Shown: one piece after another, positions 49,450 to 61,990 of the stretch
How the letters are laid out: each line of letters opens with the position of its first letter
Position numbering within the stretch: the first letter of the stretch is position 1
Source: Mobula birostris
Lineage: Eukaryota
Reading direction: 5' to 3'
NCBI RefSeq assembly: GCF_030028105.1
Contig: NC_092385.1
Coordinates: 39,915,433 to 39,979,432 of the forward strand
Length of the DNA stretch: 64,000 nt
Notes under the pieces: model-generated
What the model was told of the DNA's origin: nothing
What the model saw: the letters and a program-made list of their open reading frames with translations, nothing else
Database searches by the model: none
Translations under genes and position numbers: made by a program

Positions 49450-52400
49450 CTCCATAACTAAGATAAGGTTGGCTGCTTGTGACTAGTGGTGATCTGCAAA
49501 GGTCAGTGTTGGGTCTACTACTTTTCACATTATATGTTAATGATCTGGATGATAGAATTTGTGGCCAACTTTGCAGTGGCAGGCAATGTTGAGGAAGCAC
49601 AGAGTCTGCATGAGGACACGGACAGATTAGCAGCACAGGCACAGAAGTGGCAGATAGAATACAATGTAGGGAAGAGTATGGTCATGCACTTTGGTAGAAG
49701 AAAGAAAGGCATAGACCATATTCTAAATGGGAAGCAAAATCAGAAATAGGAGGTGCAAAGGGGCTTGGGAGTTACAGCCAGAGTTCCCTAAAGGGTAATT
49801 TGCAGGTTGAGTCAGTAGTACAGAAGGCAAGTCAAGGGAAGTGCCTTGCGAGAAAAGTGCGAGTCTTTGGCTCAGGAGTCTTCGGCGAGGAGGCTGAGAG
49901 TGGAGACTACACCACAGTTGGAGAGGGTGAGAAGTGGTGAGGAAATGACCGCCAGGCTGATTCAGTGTGCTGCTTGCATGATGTGGGAGGTCAGGGACAC
50001 TGATGGTGCTTCTGGCTCCTACACTTGTGGAAAATGTGTCCAGATTCAGCTTCTGAAGGACCGTGTTGCAGCACTAGAGAGGCAACTGGATGACGTTAGG
50101 TTCCTCTGGGAGAACGAGAGTTTTCTGGATAGGACCAACAGTGAGGTCGTTACACCGAGGATACCGGAAGACAGAAGGGGGACAACGATGAGCAAGGAAA
50201 GGATGCTTGAAGTACAGGAGACCCCGGGAGATGTGCGGCTCGTAAACAGGTTCTCCCTCTTGGAAGCTGTCGGGACAGAAGATGATGCCAGCCTGAGAGG
50301 CGGACAGGTCTGCGAGTCAACAATTGGCGGTGAAGCAAAGCCGAGGAGACAGATGTAAGGCAGAGCCGTGGTAGTAGGGGACTCCATAGTGAGAGGTACA
50401 GAAAGGGGTTTCTGTGGCAACAGGTGAGATTTAAGGATGGTGTGTTGCCTCCCTGGTGCCAGGATCCAGGATGTCATGGACCGATTGCAGGGAATCCTCA
50501 AGAGTGAAGGTGAACATTCAGAAGTGGTGGTGCATGTCGACACAAATGACGTGGGGAAGAAGAGGAAAGATATTCTACAGCGTGACTTCAGAGAACTTGG
50601 AAGAAGGCTGAAAAGCAGGACTTCCAGGGTTGTTATCTCCCGTTTGCTTCCAGTTCCCCGTGCTGGAGTGGTCAAGAACAGGGAGATAATGGATCTGAAT
50701 GTGTGGCTGAGGATCTGGTGCAGCAAGCAAGGATTTACATTCTTGGACCACTGGGGTATGTTTCGGGGTAAGGATGAATCGTACAAAAGGGACGGGTTGC
50801 ACCTTAACAAAGCGGGGCACCAGCATTCTGGCAGCCAGGTTTGCCTCTGCAACACGGGTGTGTTTAAACTAAGTAGTGGGGGAGGAGAGGATGAACTGGA
50901 AACATAAGTGGAGATAAAGGGAAAGTGAGAATAAGAAAAGTTAAGAAAGACAGCAGAATCGACAGAGCAGAAAGCTCAAGAAGGGATCGTACAGTACGGC
51001 CAAGTGAATTGGGAATTGATATGGGAGGTGAGGGGAGTAATGAATTAAAAATATTATATATGAATGCACGGACTATAAGAAATAAAGTGGATGAGCTTGA
51101 GGCACAGTTGGAAATTGGTAAGTATGATGTTGTGGGAATAACAGAGACATGGCTTCAAGTGGACAGGGCCTGGGAAATGAATATTCAAGGTATACGTCCT
51201 ATCGAAAGGACAGACTGATGGGCAGAGGGGGTGGGGTGGCTCTGTTGGTGAGGAATGACACTCAGTCCCTTGTGAGGGGAGACATACAATCAGTATGGAT
51301 AGAACTGAGAAATTCTAAGGGTAGAAAGACCCTAATGGGAGTTATCTACAGGCCCCCAATCAGTAGTCTGGATGTAGGGTGTAAGTTGAATCAAGAGTTA
51401 AAATTGGCATGTCGCAAAGGTAATGCTACAGTTGTTATGGGGGACTTCAACATGCGGGTAGACTGGAGGAATCGGGTCGGTACTGGACCCCAAGAAAGGG
51501 AGTTTGTGGAGTCCCTCCGAGATGGATTCTTAGAACAGCTTGTACTGGAGCCTACCAGGGAGAACGCAATTCTAGATTTAGTGTTGCGCAATGAACCAGA
51601 TTCGATCAGGGACCTCGAGGTAAAGGAGTCATTAGGAGGTAGTGACCATAATATGATAAGTTTTAATCTATAATTTGAGAGGGAGAAGGGAAACTTGGAA
51701 GTGTCAGTATTACAGTTGAACAAAGGGAACTATGGTGCTATGAGGGAGGAGCTGGCCAAAGTTCAATGGAACAATACCCTGGCAGGGATGACAGTGGAAC
51801 AACAATGGCAAGTGTTTCTGGGAATAATGCGGAAGGTGCAGTATCAGTTCATTCCAAAGAGGAAGAAAGATCCTAAGGGGAGTAAGGGGAGGCCGTGGCT
51901 GACAAGGGAAGTAATGGACAGTATAAAAATAAAAGAGAAGAAGTATAACATAGCAAAGACGAGTGGGAAGCTGGAGGATTGGGAAACCTTTAAAGATCAA
52001 CAGAAGGTAACTAACAAGGCAATAAGCGGAGAAAAAATGAGGTACGAAGGTAAACTAGCCAAGAATATAAAGGAGGATAGTAAAAGCTTCTTTAGGTATG
52101 TGAAAAGGAAAAAAATAGTTAAGACCAAAATTGGGCCCTTGAAGACAGAAGCCGGTGAATTTATTATGGGGAACAAGAAAATGGCAGGCGAGTTGAGCAG
52201 GTACTTTGGATCTGTCTTAACTAGGGAAGACACAAGCAATCTCCCAGACAGAATAGTGGCCAAAGGAGCTAGGGTAATGGATGAACTGAAGGAAATTTAT
52301 ATTAGGCAGGAAATGGTGTTGGATAGGCTGTTGGGTCTGAAGGCTGATAAGTCCCCAGGACCTGATGGTCTGCATCCCAGGGTACTTAAGGAGGTGGCCT

Positions 52401-54530
52401 TAGAAATCATGGACACATTGGTAATCATTTTCCAATGTTCTATAGATTCAGGATCAGTTCCTGTGGATTGGAGGGTGGCTAATGTTGTCCCTCTCTTCAA
52501 GAAGGAAAGAAGAGAGAAAACGGAATTATAGACCAGTTAGCCTGACGTCGGTGGTGGGAAAGATGCTGGAGTCAATTATAAAAGATGAAATTACGACACA
52601 TCTGGATAGCAGTAACAGGATCGGTCCAAGTCAGCATGGATTTATGAAGGGGAAATCGTGCTCGACTAATCTTCTGGAATTTTTTGAGGATGTAACTATG
52701 AAAATGGACAAGGGAGACAGTGGATGTAGTGTACCTGGACTTTCAGAAAGCCTTTGAAAAAGTCCCACATAGGAGATTAGTGGGCAAAATTAGGGCACAT
52801 GGTATTGGGGGCAGACTACTGACATGGATTGAAAATTGGCTGGCTGACAGAAAATAAAGAGTAGCGATTAACGGGTCCCTTTCAAAATGGCAGGCGGTGA
52901 CCAGTGGGGTACCGCAGGGTTCAGTGCTGGGACCGCAGCTGTTTACAATATATATTAATGATTTAGATGAGGGAATTAAAAGTAACATGAGCAAATTTGC
53001 CGATGACACAAAGCTGGGTGGCAGTGTGAAATGTGAGGAGGATGTTATGAGAATGCAGGGTGACTTGGACAGGTTGGGTGAGTGGGCAGATGCAGTTTAA
53101 TGTGGATAAATGTGAGGTTATCCACTTTGGTGGTAAGAACAGGGAGGCAGATTATTATCTAAATGGAGTCAAGTTAGGAAAAGGGGAAGCACAAGGAGAT
53201 GTAGGTGTTCTTGTACATCAGTCACTGAAAGTAAGCATGCAAGTACAGCAGGCAGTGAAGAAAGCTAATGGCATGCTGGCCTTCATAACAAGGGGAATTG
53301 AGTATAAGAGCAAAGAAGCCTTTCTGCAGCTGTACAGGGCCCTGGTGAGACCACACCTGGAGTACCGTGTGCAGTTTTGGTCTCCAAATTTGAGGAAGGA
53401 CATTCTTGCTATCGAGGGAGTGCCGCGTAGGTTCACAAGGTTAATTCCCGGGATGACGGGACTGTCATATGTCGAAAGATTGGAACGACTGGGCTTGTAT
53501 ACTCTGGAATTTAGAAGGCTGAGAGAGGATCTTATTGAAACATATAATATTATTAAGGGATTGGACACGTTGGAGGCAGGAAGAATGTTCCCACTGATGG
53601 GTGAGTCCAGAACCAGAGGCCACAGTTTAAGAATAAGGGGTAGGCCATTTAGAACGGAGTTGAGGAAAAACTTTTTCACCCAGAGAGTGGTGGATATATG
53701 GAATGCTCTGCCCCAGAAGGCTGAGGAGGCCAAGTCTCTGGATGCTTTCAAGAAAGAAATGGATAGAGCTCTTAAAGATGGCGGAATGAAAGGTTATGGG
53801 GTTAAGGCAGGAACTGGATACTGACTGTGGATGATCAGCCATGATCACAGTGAAAGGCGGTGCTGGCTCGAAGGGCCGAATGGCCTACTCCTGCACCTAC
53901 TGTCTATTGCCTATGTTAACCACCATTTCAAGAGGATTAGAATATAGAAACAAGAATGTAACATATTCCCTTGTTCTCAAGAAATACCACAAAGCTGATG
54001 AAATAAAGAAGGCTTCCACCACTAGAGTCAAGTCTAGTGGTCAGACCACATTGGGAATATTGTGATGAGTTTTGGGCCCTGTATCTACAAAAGGATCTGC
54101 TGGCATTAGAGACAGTCCAGAGGAGGTTCATGAGAATGATCCTGGTAATGAGAGGTTAACATGTGAGGAGTTCTTGGCCTGTATTTACTGGAGTTTAGAA
54201 GATTAAGGGAGGTTCTCATTGAAACCTATTGAATATTGAAAGGCCTAGATAGAGTGGAAGTGGAGAAGACATTTCCAATTGTGGGAGAGTCTAGGACCTG
54301 AGGACAGAGCCTTAGAATACAAAATGTCTCTTTAGAACAGAGATAAGGAGGAATTTCTTTAGTGTGTTGAAACTATGCGATTCATTGCCACAGACAGCAA
54401 TGGAAGTCAGGTAATTCGGTATATTTAAATCAGAGGTCGATACGTTCTGATTAGTAAGAGCAACAAGAGTTACGACAACAATGGGGTTGAGAGGCCAATG
54501 GTCCAATTCTGCTCTAATGTTTTATGGTCT
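49450..54530 (+). mobile_element. Older CR1 (pieces ~49450-49830 and ~53913-54530) hosting a full-length CR1
   Basis: KWQIEYNVGKSMVMHFGR lies left of the insert. The text resumes with ISRGLEYRNK...RPHWEYC on the right and ends in a (TTATGGT) tail. Confidence 0.8.
49831..53912 (+). mobile_element. Essentially full-length CR1 LINE (ORF1 zinc finger/leucine zipper and SGNH esterase; ORF2 APE and RT), inactivated
   Basis: ORF1 from ATG 49945: CAAC...CGKC, leucine heptads, VVGDSIVR, DGLHLN. ORF2: YMNAR, GITETW, MGDFN, GSDHN, SPGPDG, NYRPVSLTS, GVPQGSVLGP, KFADD. (CTATTG) tail. Several stops and frameshifts. Confidence 0.97.
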
Positions 54531-56705
54531 TAATATCTGTGACTAATTTAAAACTAATTGATTGCAAACCATTTTACTATGTGCATTGAACAAATGGACT
54601 AGTTATCTATGGCCTTTTCTCTTCATGTTATCATAACATTACCAAGACAATATTTTTTGAAGCTATAATAGACTCCGGGATTAAGGGAAGAACACTTGAC
54701 TCTGGTGGAGAAAGCTTTCTTCACTGCAATAGCTGTGTGGTATTTCTTGAGAGCAAGGGAACATTCACGCTTTGCAACTAACCCCAGAATCATTGTTGTT
54801 TCTGCTCAGTTGTAGCATCTTTCTCTTCCAAGGTCATGACTAAAACTTGCCACCAGATGTGTTAGAAGAGACATGTAGGTGAAAGTGCTAGCCAGAGGAG
54901 CACAGATCACCAGAAACAAACAGGGGATGTTGTTTGAAGGGTGAAGGAAACCTTCATACCCTGTGATAGATCGTCTCGAGAAGCTGGCATGTGTGATGCA
55001 GAGACGGCTGTGAACTGGATCATCAAAATCTCCTGACATGAGAAGGATAATCAAAAGGAGGAAACGTTTCTGAAATGAAAACAAAAGCTAAATAATAAAT
55101 GTGATATCTGACAAATAGAAGGAATGGCCTCAATCTGAATGATTTTTCTTGAAATATTTCAGCTATTATAGGGCAACTGGACAGTGAAGAACAACCTGTT
55201 GTGAATTATGGCAATACATCAGCTTTATCTAATGGGAAATAATAGAAAATACATTTGAGCAGAGTGCAGTATTTTACAGAAAAGATCGTGATATGTCACA
55301 ATTAGATTGATATAAATAGTTACCACATCTGGTTTCTTGCAGCCCTGCTCCAGTTCACACCATCAATCAACTTTTCACCACTTCCTGAACAGTCACCACG
55401 GCTATAAAACACACAGCAACTGTTTCATTTCCTTTGTTCAAGCTTGGTAACCTGCAAGGCACGGCACAGCCAACCGACTGCAGCTAGCTGACAAAATAAT
55501 TCACGGCCATGGAAAACGAGATACAGACTGAAAGAGAACTCAACTTCTACAAGGCTATAAAAATCTCTTTTTATTGCCAGAGAAATACCTGCACCCGCCC
55601 CCCCCCCCGACAACACTTTTCTTTCCTCATTTCCCGAAGGCACTGACCAATACTGAGGTATAGTAATAAGCAAAGAAAATGCTGGAGACACTCAGCAGGT
55701 CAAGCTGAAACTTTATTGAGAGAAACAGAGTGAACATTTCAGCCTGCTGATCTTTCACCAGAAAAGAGGCTGAGGGACAGATTCGCAAATGAGAAAGTGG
55801 AAATGCCACTCCTCATTCATGAATGAATGGTGAGTGTTTGCATCTGATTGGACAGTTCAGGTTTCATTCCTATCCCAACAACTTTGTGAAAATCCCCTCT
55901 TGCATCAAGCCTCCTGATAGTGATTATTGGCAAGATTTCTGGCCTGTTAATCTCTTTTGTGGCTGAAGTTGATACAAAATATAGTATACCTATCTTTGCC
56001 AAACCTCTCCACACTCTCTGGACCAGAATTTGATTTCTGATTTATGGAAAATCTTTTAACCAGATACTATAGCATTCTGTTTAATTTTCCATCCATGAAA
56101 ACACACCAAAACATTTCAAAGAAACAAGGCATGAGAAGGACGACATTACACCATATCTTTACATCAGTAGTTACGTCTGTCAAGACAGATATCAGCCCAA
56201 GAAATCATATAAAGCAAAGGTTTGCACTGTACCAAACATCATTATAACAGAACACGCCTGATAAGACTACCTATGTTAAGTAGACAGTGGTCGATCCTAC
56301 TCCAGATGCAGAAACAAATAGCATCTGAGAGTGATTCTTAAACATGCTACAAAGTATTTACAGCAACATCTGGCAGATATGAAATCTGCAGGTTGGGGAA
56401 AAGATTTCACATTGGTTTCATATGTTTAAAGCTCAAGTTCCACATAACCAAGCTTATACCAGTGTTTTGAAAATTAAGAGGGCATCTTAGAGATACCTTG
56501 AATTACAGCAAAAGAATCCATCACACAAGAGATTCTGAGTTCTTCCAGTGTTTGGTGTGTGTTGTAAAGAGTCCATGAATTGTGTTCCAATTCAATTGAG
56601 CGAATAATATCAGAAGTCTCAAATATTTCTCTGGAAATGTTTGGCTGTACTAGGCCATGCATCGTTTAAAAAGATGGGCAGGCACCAGTAGACCAAAGTT
56701 TAGTA

Positions 56706-57516
56706 CAGGTCAACAATACCTTATCCGAAATCTCTGGGGCCAGTTGCATTTCAGAATTCTTCGGATTTCAGACCTCCCCTCCCCCCCCCCCCCCCCCCCG
56801 GATACCAAAAAACACGTATGCTCAGATCCCTTATTTAACCTGTCTCAGTACGGTGGACTTTAGGACCNNNNNNNNNNNNNNNNNNNNNNNNNNNNNNNNN
56901 NNNNNNNNNNNNNNNNNNNNNNNNNNNNNNNNNNNNNNNNNNNNNNNNNNNNNNNNNNNNNNNNNNNNNNNNNNNNNNNNNNNNNNNNNNNNNNNNNNNN
57001 NNNNNNNNNNNNNNNNNNNNNNAACATTCAGTAAAACATAAAAATATACAGCTTCAAACAAACCGAATCAAACACATGGTAAATGACTTATTGGAATAAA
57101 TGTTGAATGTCACTGTCACTATAAAACTTCAGTAACTTGTCTTTCTGTTTACTTAAATCATATACAGTGGTAGTTCCGACACTATTTTCTTCAGTCAGAC
57201 AATCAAGCTTCTGCAATAACTTCATTTTCTGCGTCGTTGGTGATAGATGCTTCCTACTCTTTTTCTCATCTTACCCATTGGGGTATCTGCAGCTCTTTTT
57301 GACATTTTCACAATGAAATTAAACAGAAAGTCAACAGTGAACACAAAATACCAGCGAACAACAAATGCACGTGTAACCAGTACGAGCGCTGAGCCACAAC
57401 TGACATCTGGCAGCTTTTGCTAGTGCTGCTACATGACATCTGAGTGACGTCAGTTGTTGGCGAAAAAAACTTCGGTTTTCCGATTTCAGAAATTCGGATA
57501 AAGGAATATGCATCTG
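56706..57516 (-). mobile_element. Non-autonomous Tigger/pogo element spanning a gap
   Basis: Imperfect TIRs CAGGTCAACAATACCTTATCCGAA and TTCGGATAAAGGAATATGCATCTG flanked by TA. Transposase start MSKRAADTP similar to 24430-24882. Confidence 0.8.
56868..57022. other. Assembly gap
   Basis: Run of N. Confidence 1.
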
Positions 57517-58249
57517 TATTATCTGTTTCTGTTTTAGTCTTGTTCCCTTTCCCATTCGTCATGCTAAATGGGATAGGCTCCAAACAGATCTAACAACTTA
57601 AAACAGAAGTCTATTACTATCTTCCTTAATCAAGAAGCAAAGAACATTCATTATAAAAGAATGTATAAATTACACAATCTTGAGATATGTCTTCTTGCAG
57701 GCAGCCACAAAACAAGAAACCCAAAAGAACCCAATTAAAAAAAGGTCCACACCCAATGTGGAAGGAAAAAAAGAGAGAAAATAAATACAAATCATGCAAA
57801 TCGAAGCAAGTGCAACATTCTGAACCAAATTGATCCAGACCCCCCGAGCAGGCCCAAAGCCCCAGTCTCGGTTCATTGTATTAGCCAGGCAAATCGCTGT
57901 GAAGCTTGCAGAGATGAAGCACAGCAGCCGCAGCTATCTCACTATGCTCACTATATCACAAACGCTTATGAAAATTCTGAGATGACTCTGTGTACTTTCA
58001 TGTCCAAATAATTAATAGAGATTAACAACAGCAGTAGTCCCAACAGTGAACCAAAGAACCAGGCACTCAGAAGCAATAAAAAAAAAATTGAAAAATTAAA
58101 TAATTAAGTATTTCTAAAACATTACATCTCCTAAAACATTAAAATAATTAAAACAATACTGCAATAACAAATAGTCAAAAAGCACATAAAAGCATCTCAG
58201 GCAGTTTTGTTTTGGGAGCCACCTGGCCTGTGTGCAACAGCAAGCATTC

Positions 58250-59340
58250 AAAATGGTCACCATTCTCAACACAATAGTCAAGAATTGAGAGCATGGTACT
58301 TGATTTTATTTACCACTGTGATAACAGTATTTAATGATTTGTGCAGCTGAGCACTTAGATTTTTTTGTGACAAGACGTTATCTGTGAATTACATTGTGAA
58401 TGCTAAATATCTTAGATATAGCTTTTTTGAAGAAAGTAATCCTGTCATTGAAAATACCCATCTTTTGCAAGCAAGAATGGTGAGCGGAATGTCCTCCTCT
58501 TTGAAAATAACTCAACAATCCGAAATATTGCCTCTCCCTTCTTATCTTTTTCTAGTCCTCTTGCAAAAACAACTCATGAACCATGCTTTCATCTTTCATG
58601 AAGTGAACATAACCAAGAAATAAAGATTCGTTGTCTGGTAAAGTTGAGTCATCCAACTGCCGAGCAAGTTCTGTTGCCCCAAGTATGTTGCACATTCCCC
58701 ATACTCAGACATTTTATCCATTTGTCTTTGAACAGCATCGTCACTGAGCAGAATCACTTTAATTACTTGGTCTGGTGACTTACGCAAAACCATACTCAGA
58801 ATCTCCCTTACCGCTGTCTGAATCAGTTCTTCTCTAATTGAATGGGGCTTTCCAGATTCAGCAATGAGCAATGAAATATTGTATGAAGCACAGAAACCAT
58901 CACTGTTTTGATGTGAGGTGCTCACAAACATATCTTACAAGTTTTTTTCTATTTCTGGAAGTTTTCATGAAGTGACTAAAATTAAGCCAAGTTCTTGCTA
59001 GCTTTATCAAGAGTGTATTCTCTTCAAATGTTCAAGGAGCCTGATAGTTTCAGTGCTTCATTTGAAAAAAAAACTTCTTCACACAACAGACACACTGACT
59101 GCTGTTGGTTGCTAGGTGCTGTTATAAATCCATATTTCAGATATTCTACATACTGTCTACACTTCTTTGTTTGGTCTGCTTCTGCCATTTTCGTTATGGA
59201 TTAACGATCATCTATTGTGTAAGTCTAACCCCAAGCACTGCGCTCAATAAAGGGGAAAGTTATGACATCATCATAGCTCAGGCCAAACCTGACTCTGCCT
59301 GAAGGTACATAAGGAGGAGCAGTCATATCTCGGTTAGGCC
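58250..59340 (-). mobile_element. Decayed hAT Buster/Charlie transposase; the element probably extends to ~60700
   Basis: RQYVEYLKYGFI, ASYNISLLIAESGKPHSIREELI, QLDDSTL, a CVIH-like motif near 58390. Degenerate terminus GGGCGATATCACCCAATTTGGGA near 60670-60700. Confidence 0.8.
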
Positions 59341-59590
59341 GTGGGCGAGAGAAACATCATCAACATTACTTAAAAGGGCAGGTTCTGAACTTTACCCCAT
59401 TGAATGTCATACCCTAATTCACCAGACTTGCGTCACTGTGTGATCAGAGAATGGGAATCGTACTGGCTGACACCGAACTACAGCAGTAAATGGCAATAAA
59501 ATGCAGGCCGAGCCTGGAAATAACATGATTTCTTCAGTTCAGATTTCCCATGATCTGCCAAATATACTGCACTTCAAGCAAAGTCTAAGA

Positions 59591-60481
59591 CAGTGATTCC
59601 CAACGGGGGCGGTGATGTGTGTCCTCAGAGGCTGTTAAGGAAAATAGAAGTCGTCGGGAGGGTGGGAGGGGCCATAAGCGGCATCCTAACCTGAGGCATG
59701 AGACCTGACCAACTGTTCGTCGAGCAGGCACCTCCAAAACAGAAAGGATGAGGCACTGGAACACAGGAAGAACCACAGCTCTGCAGGCGGTGAGCACTCG
59801 TTGTCACAACAGGTCTGAAACTCAGCCATTTCACCCGACCTTACCAAACAAGCAGACGTTATTGGGGATGCATAAATCTGCAACCAGCGTGCCCAACAGT
59901 TCCCTTGACTAGTGGCACGGAACAAGTTCATGCAATTTAACAGTTGGTAAGTCAAGTACACCATCTCAACTTTCTCTAACAGAAAACAGGTCGCACAATG
60001 ATACAGCACTGGCCGGAACCAAACGGTGAAATAGAGCCAATCAGTGAACCTGCCGACCCTAAGGATTCCTCATGAGGTGTTCAAAAAGACCTTCTTTCAT
60101 AAAAGGTTAAAAACATCAACGGAGAATCAATCTACAACAAGCTCAAAATGTGTATTGAGGATAAAAGTATTCCGATTAGGAACATGATTTCTTGTGCAAC
60201 AGATGGAGCACCATATAGGACAGGTCATGATGTTAATTATTTGCATTTATGGAAAAAGGAAATTGCTGGTCTATTTGCAACCCATTGTGTAATTCACTGT
60301 CAACATCTCACAGCATCTCCTCAGCCAGTGACATTTTTCATGCTTAACACTCGTATAATCTGCTATAAATAAAATTAAAGTTTATCCTTTAAATAACTGG
60401 TGAAATATTCTGCTATGCCAAGATAATGATGAAGAGTTTGAACATTCACTTCTCCACAATGAAGTTAGTTGGGAAACACTG
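59591..60481 (+). mobile_element. Internally deleted hAT-Buster element with intact ends
   Basis: TIRs CAGTGATTCCCAAC and GTTGGGAAACACTG. Perfect 8-bp TSD GTCTAAGA at 59583-59590 and 60482-60489. Transposase piece ISCATDGAP...THCVIH. Confidence 0.92.
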
Positions 60482-60824
60482 GTCTAAGAGAACAGTGGGT
60501 TAGCAAGAGATGAGGTGATTACATGAACATTGTAATCAATTATGAGGCACTAAGAATCAAATGCTTATATAAGTACCTAATTTCTTAAATTAAGCCTGTA
60601 ATCCCTCAGCTGCTTCCCAGTCCCTTGCCACTGAATGTCCCCCTACTGCACCCCCCCCCCCCCGGGGGGGGGGCGATATCACCCAATTTGGGAGTCTACA
60701 CAGAGGACAACGGGGCGAAACGCAGCTCAAGCACCACTTACTGGAGGGTATATACTTAACATGAGAGCAGACAAGTTCAAAGGAGATGATCAAGGCAATC
60801 AAATATATCCATATATAGGTGGGT

Positions 60825-60825
<1 letters not shown>

Positions 60826-60894
<69 letters not shown>
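60826..60894 (+). repeat. (TG)n microsatellite
   Basis: About 34 perfect units. Confidence 0.98.
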
Positions 60895-60896
<2 letters not shown>

Positions 60897-61029
60897 ATTG
60901 ATTGTGAGTGTGAGTATATGGACATTGTGTAGTCAGAAGGGATTAGTTTAATTGGGCTTTTGGTTACTAACTTTAGTTCAACAGAGCATTGTGAGCTAAA
61001 GGGCCAGGCAGCACCACATTGGCAAAACC

Positions 61030-61325
61030 TTGGATGGCAACAAGGAGAAGAGTGAGGCAACCCAGCTGGTCCTGTGGTGTTGCAACAACCACCTCATACC
61101 CAATATCAGCCAGACCAAGGAACGGACTGTGGACGTCAGGATGGGAAAGTGAGGAATGCTTCCCCCCATTGCCATTAGAATTTTTGAATGGTCCATGAAC
61201 CCATGAACACTATCTAATTATTTTGTAATTTATAGTAATTTTATATCTTTGCATTGTACTACTGTTGCAAAGTAACAATTTTCACATCAGATGAGACAGT
61301 AACAATAAACCTGATTCTGATTCAG
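61030..61325 (+). mobile_element. Rex1-related fragments with (CTGATT)n tail
   Basis: WCCNNHL.PNISQTKE.TVD.R remnant and AATAAACCTGATTCTGATTC. Confidence 0.7.
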
Positions 61326-61739
61326 AATTGGTCAATAGCAAAGCACCATTAACGAAACTTCTGAAGGGATGAGTTACCAATTTTTCTAGTGGAGAGGAGC
61401 CAGACATAATCGAAATTTTTTTTGAGAAGCATAAATCCATGTTTATTTCCTACATTCCTTTTTCCCTTCAGACAATTTCCACTTTGAGAAATTCACTCTG
61501 ATTAATACCACGTTATTGTTTTAAACAGGTATGGAAGTCATGAAGCAAGTTCAGCTTGACAAGATACCAAAATAATATAATACCATCGCTTTACATGAGA
61601 GAGGGGAAGGAACTGAACCAAGCAAAGACACTAGTCTTGTGGTACTTCCTGGCCTTAGCCAGTGTATTACTGCAACTATGAAATGGTACAAGTAAAATGC
61701 TAACCATCCTGAATGCTGTACTTCCAGGGACAACTCCAA

Positions 61740-61990
61740 AGATCACCACGTTGTGGTGGAGCCTAGAGTTTAGCCATCTGACGCTTAGATCCTGATAGGG
61801 TCATCTATGACAGCACGGTCAAGGGGGAGGTTCCAGATAAAAAATGATCCAACCAGGACCTCAACTGTGGAGCTGGAGAAAGATTGCTCCCTGTTGTTTT
61901 TGCATTTCATGCCAATGGACCCTGACCCCAATCTGTTAAGGACCGTGCATCCGACTTGCCACATTAAACAAAGTCACGCACAGGCATTAT
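61740..61990 (+). mobile_element. Probable RTE-derived non-autonomous element
   Basis: CACCACGTTGTGGTGGAG...GGTCAAGGGGGAGGTTCCAGA resembles RTE/Expander 5' UTRs. Confidence 0.45.

Noticed and set aside
50046-53848. Long minus-strand ORFs (269, 177, 110 aa and others)
   Set aside because: Antisense shadows of CR1 coding sequence.
56474-56662. 62-aa protein-like minus-strand ORF
   Set aside because: No recognisable homology and no convincing splice sites.
56831-57061. ORFs across the second gap
   Set aside because: Mostly N.
60650-60673. C-run/G-run palindrome
   Set aside because: Homopolymer expansion within a hAT subterminal region; length unreliable.
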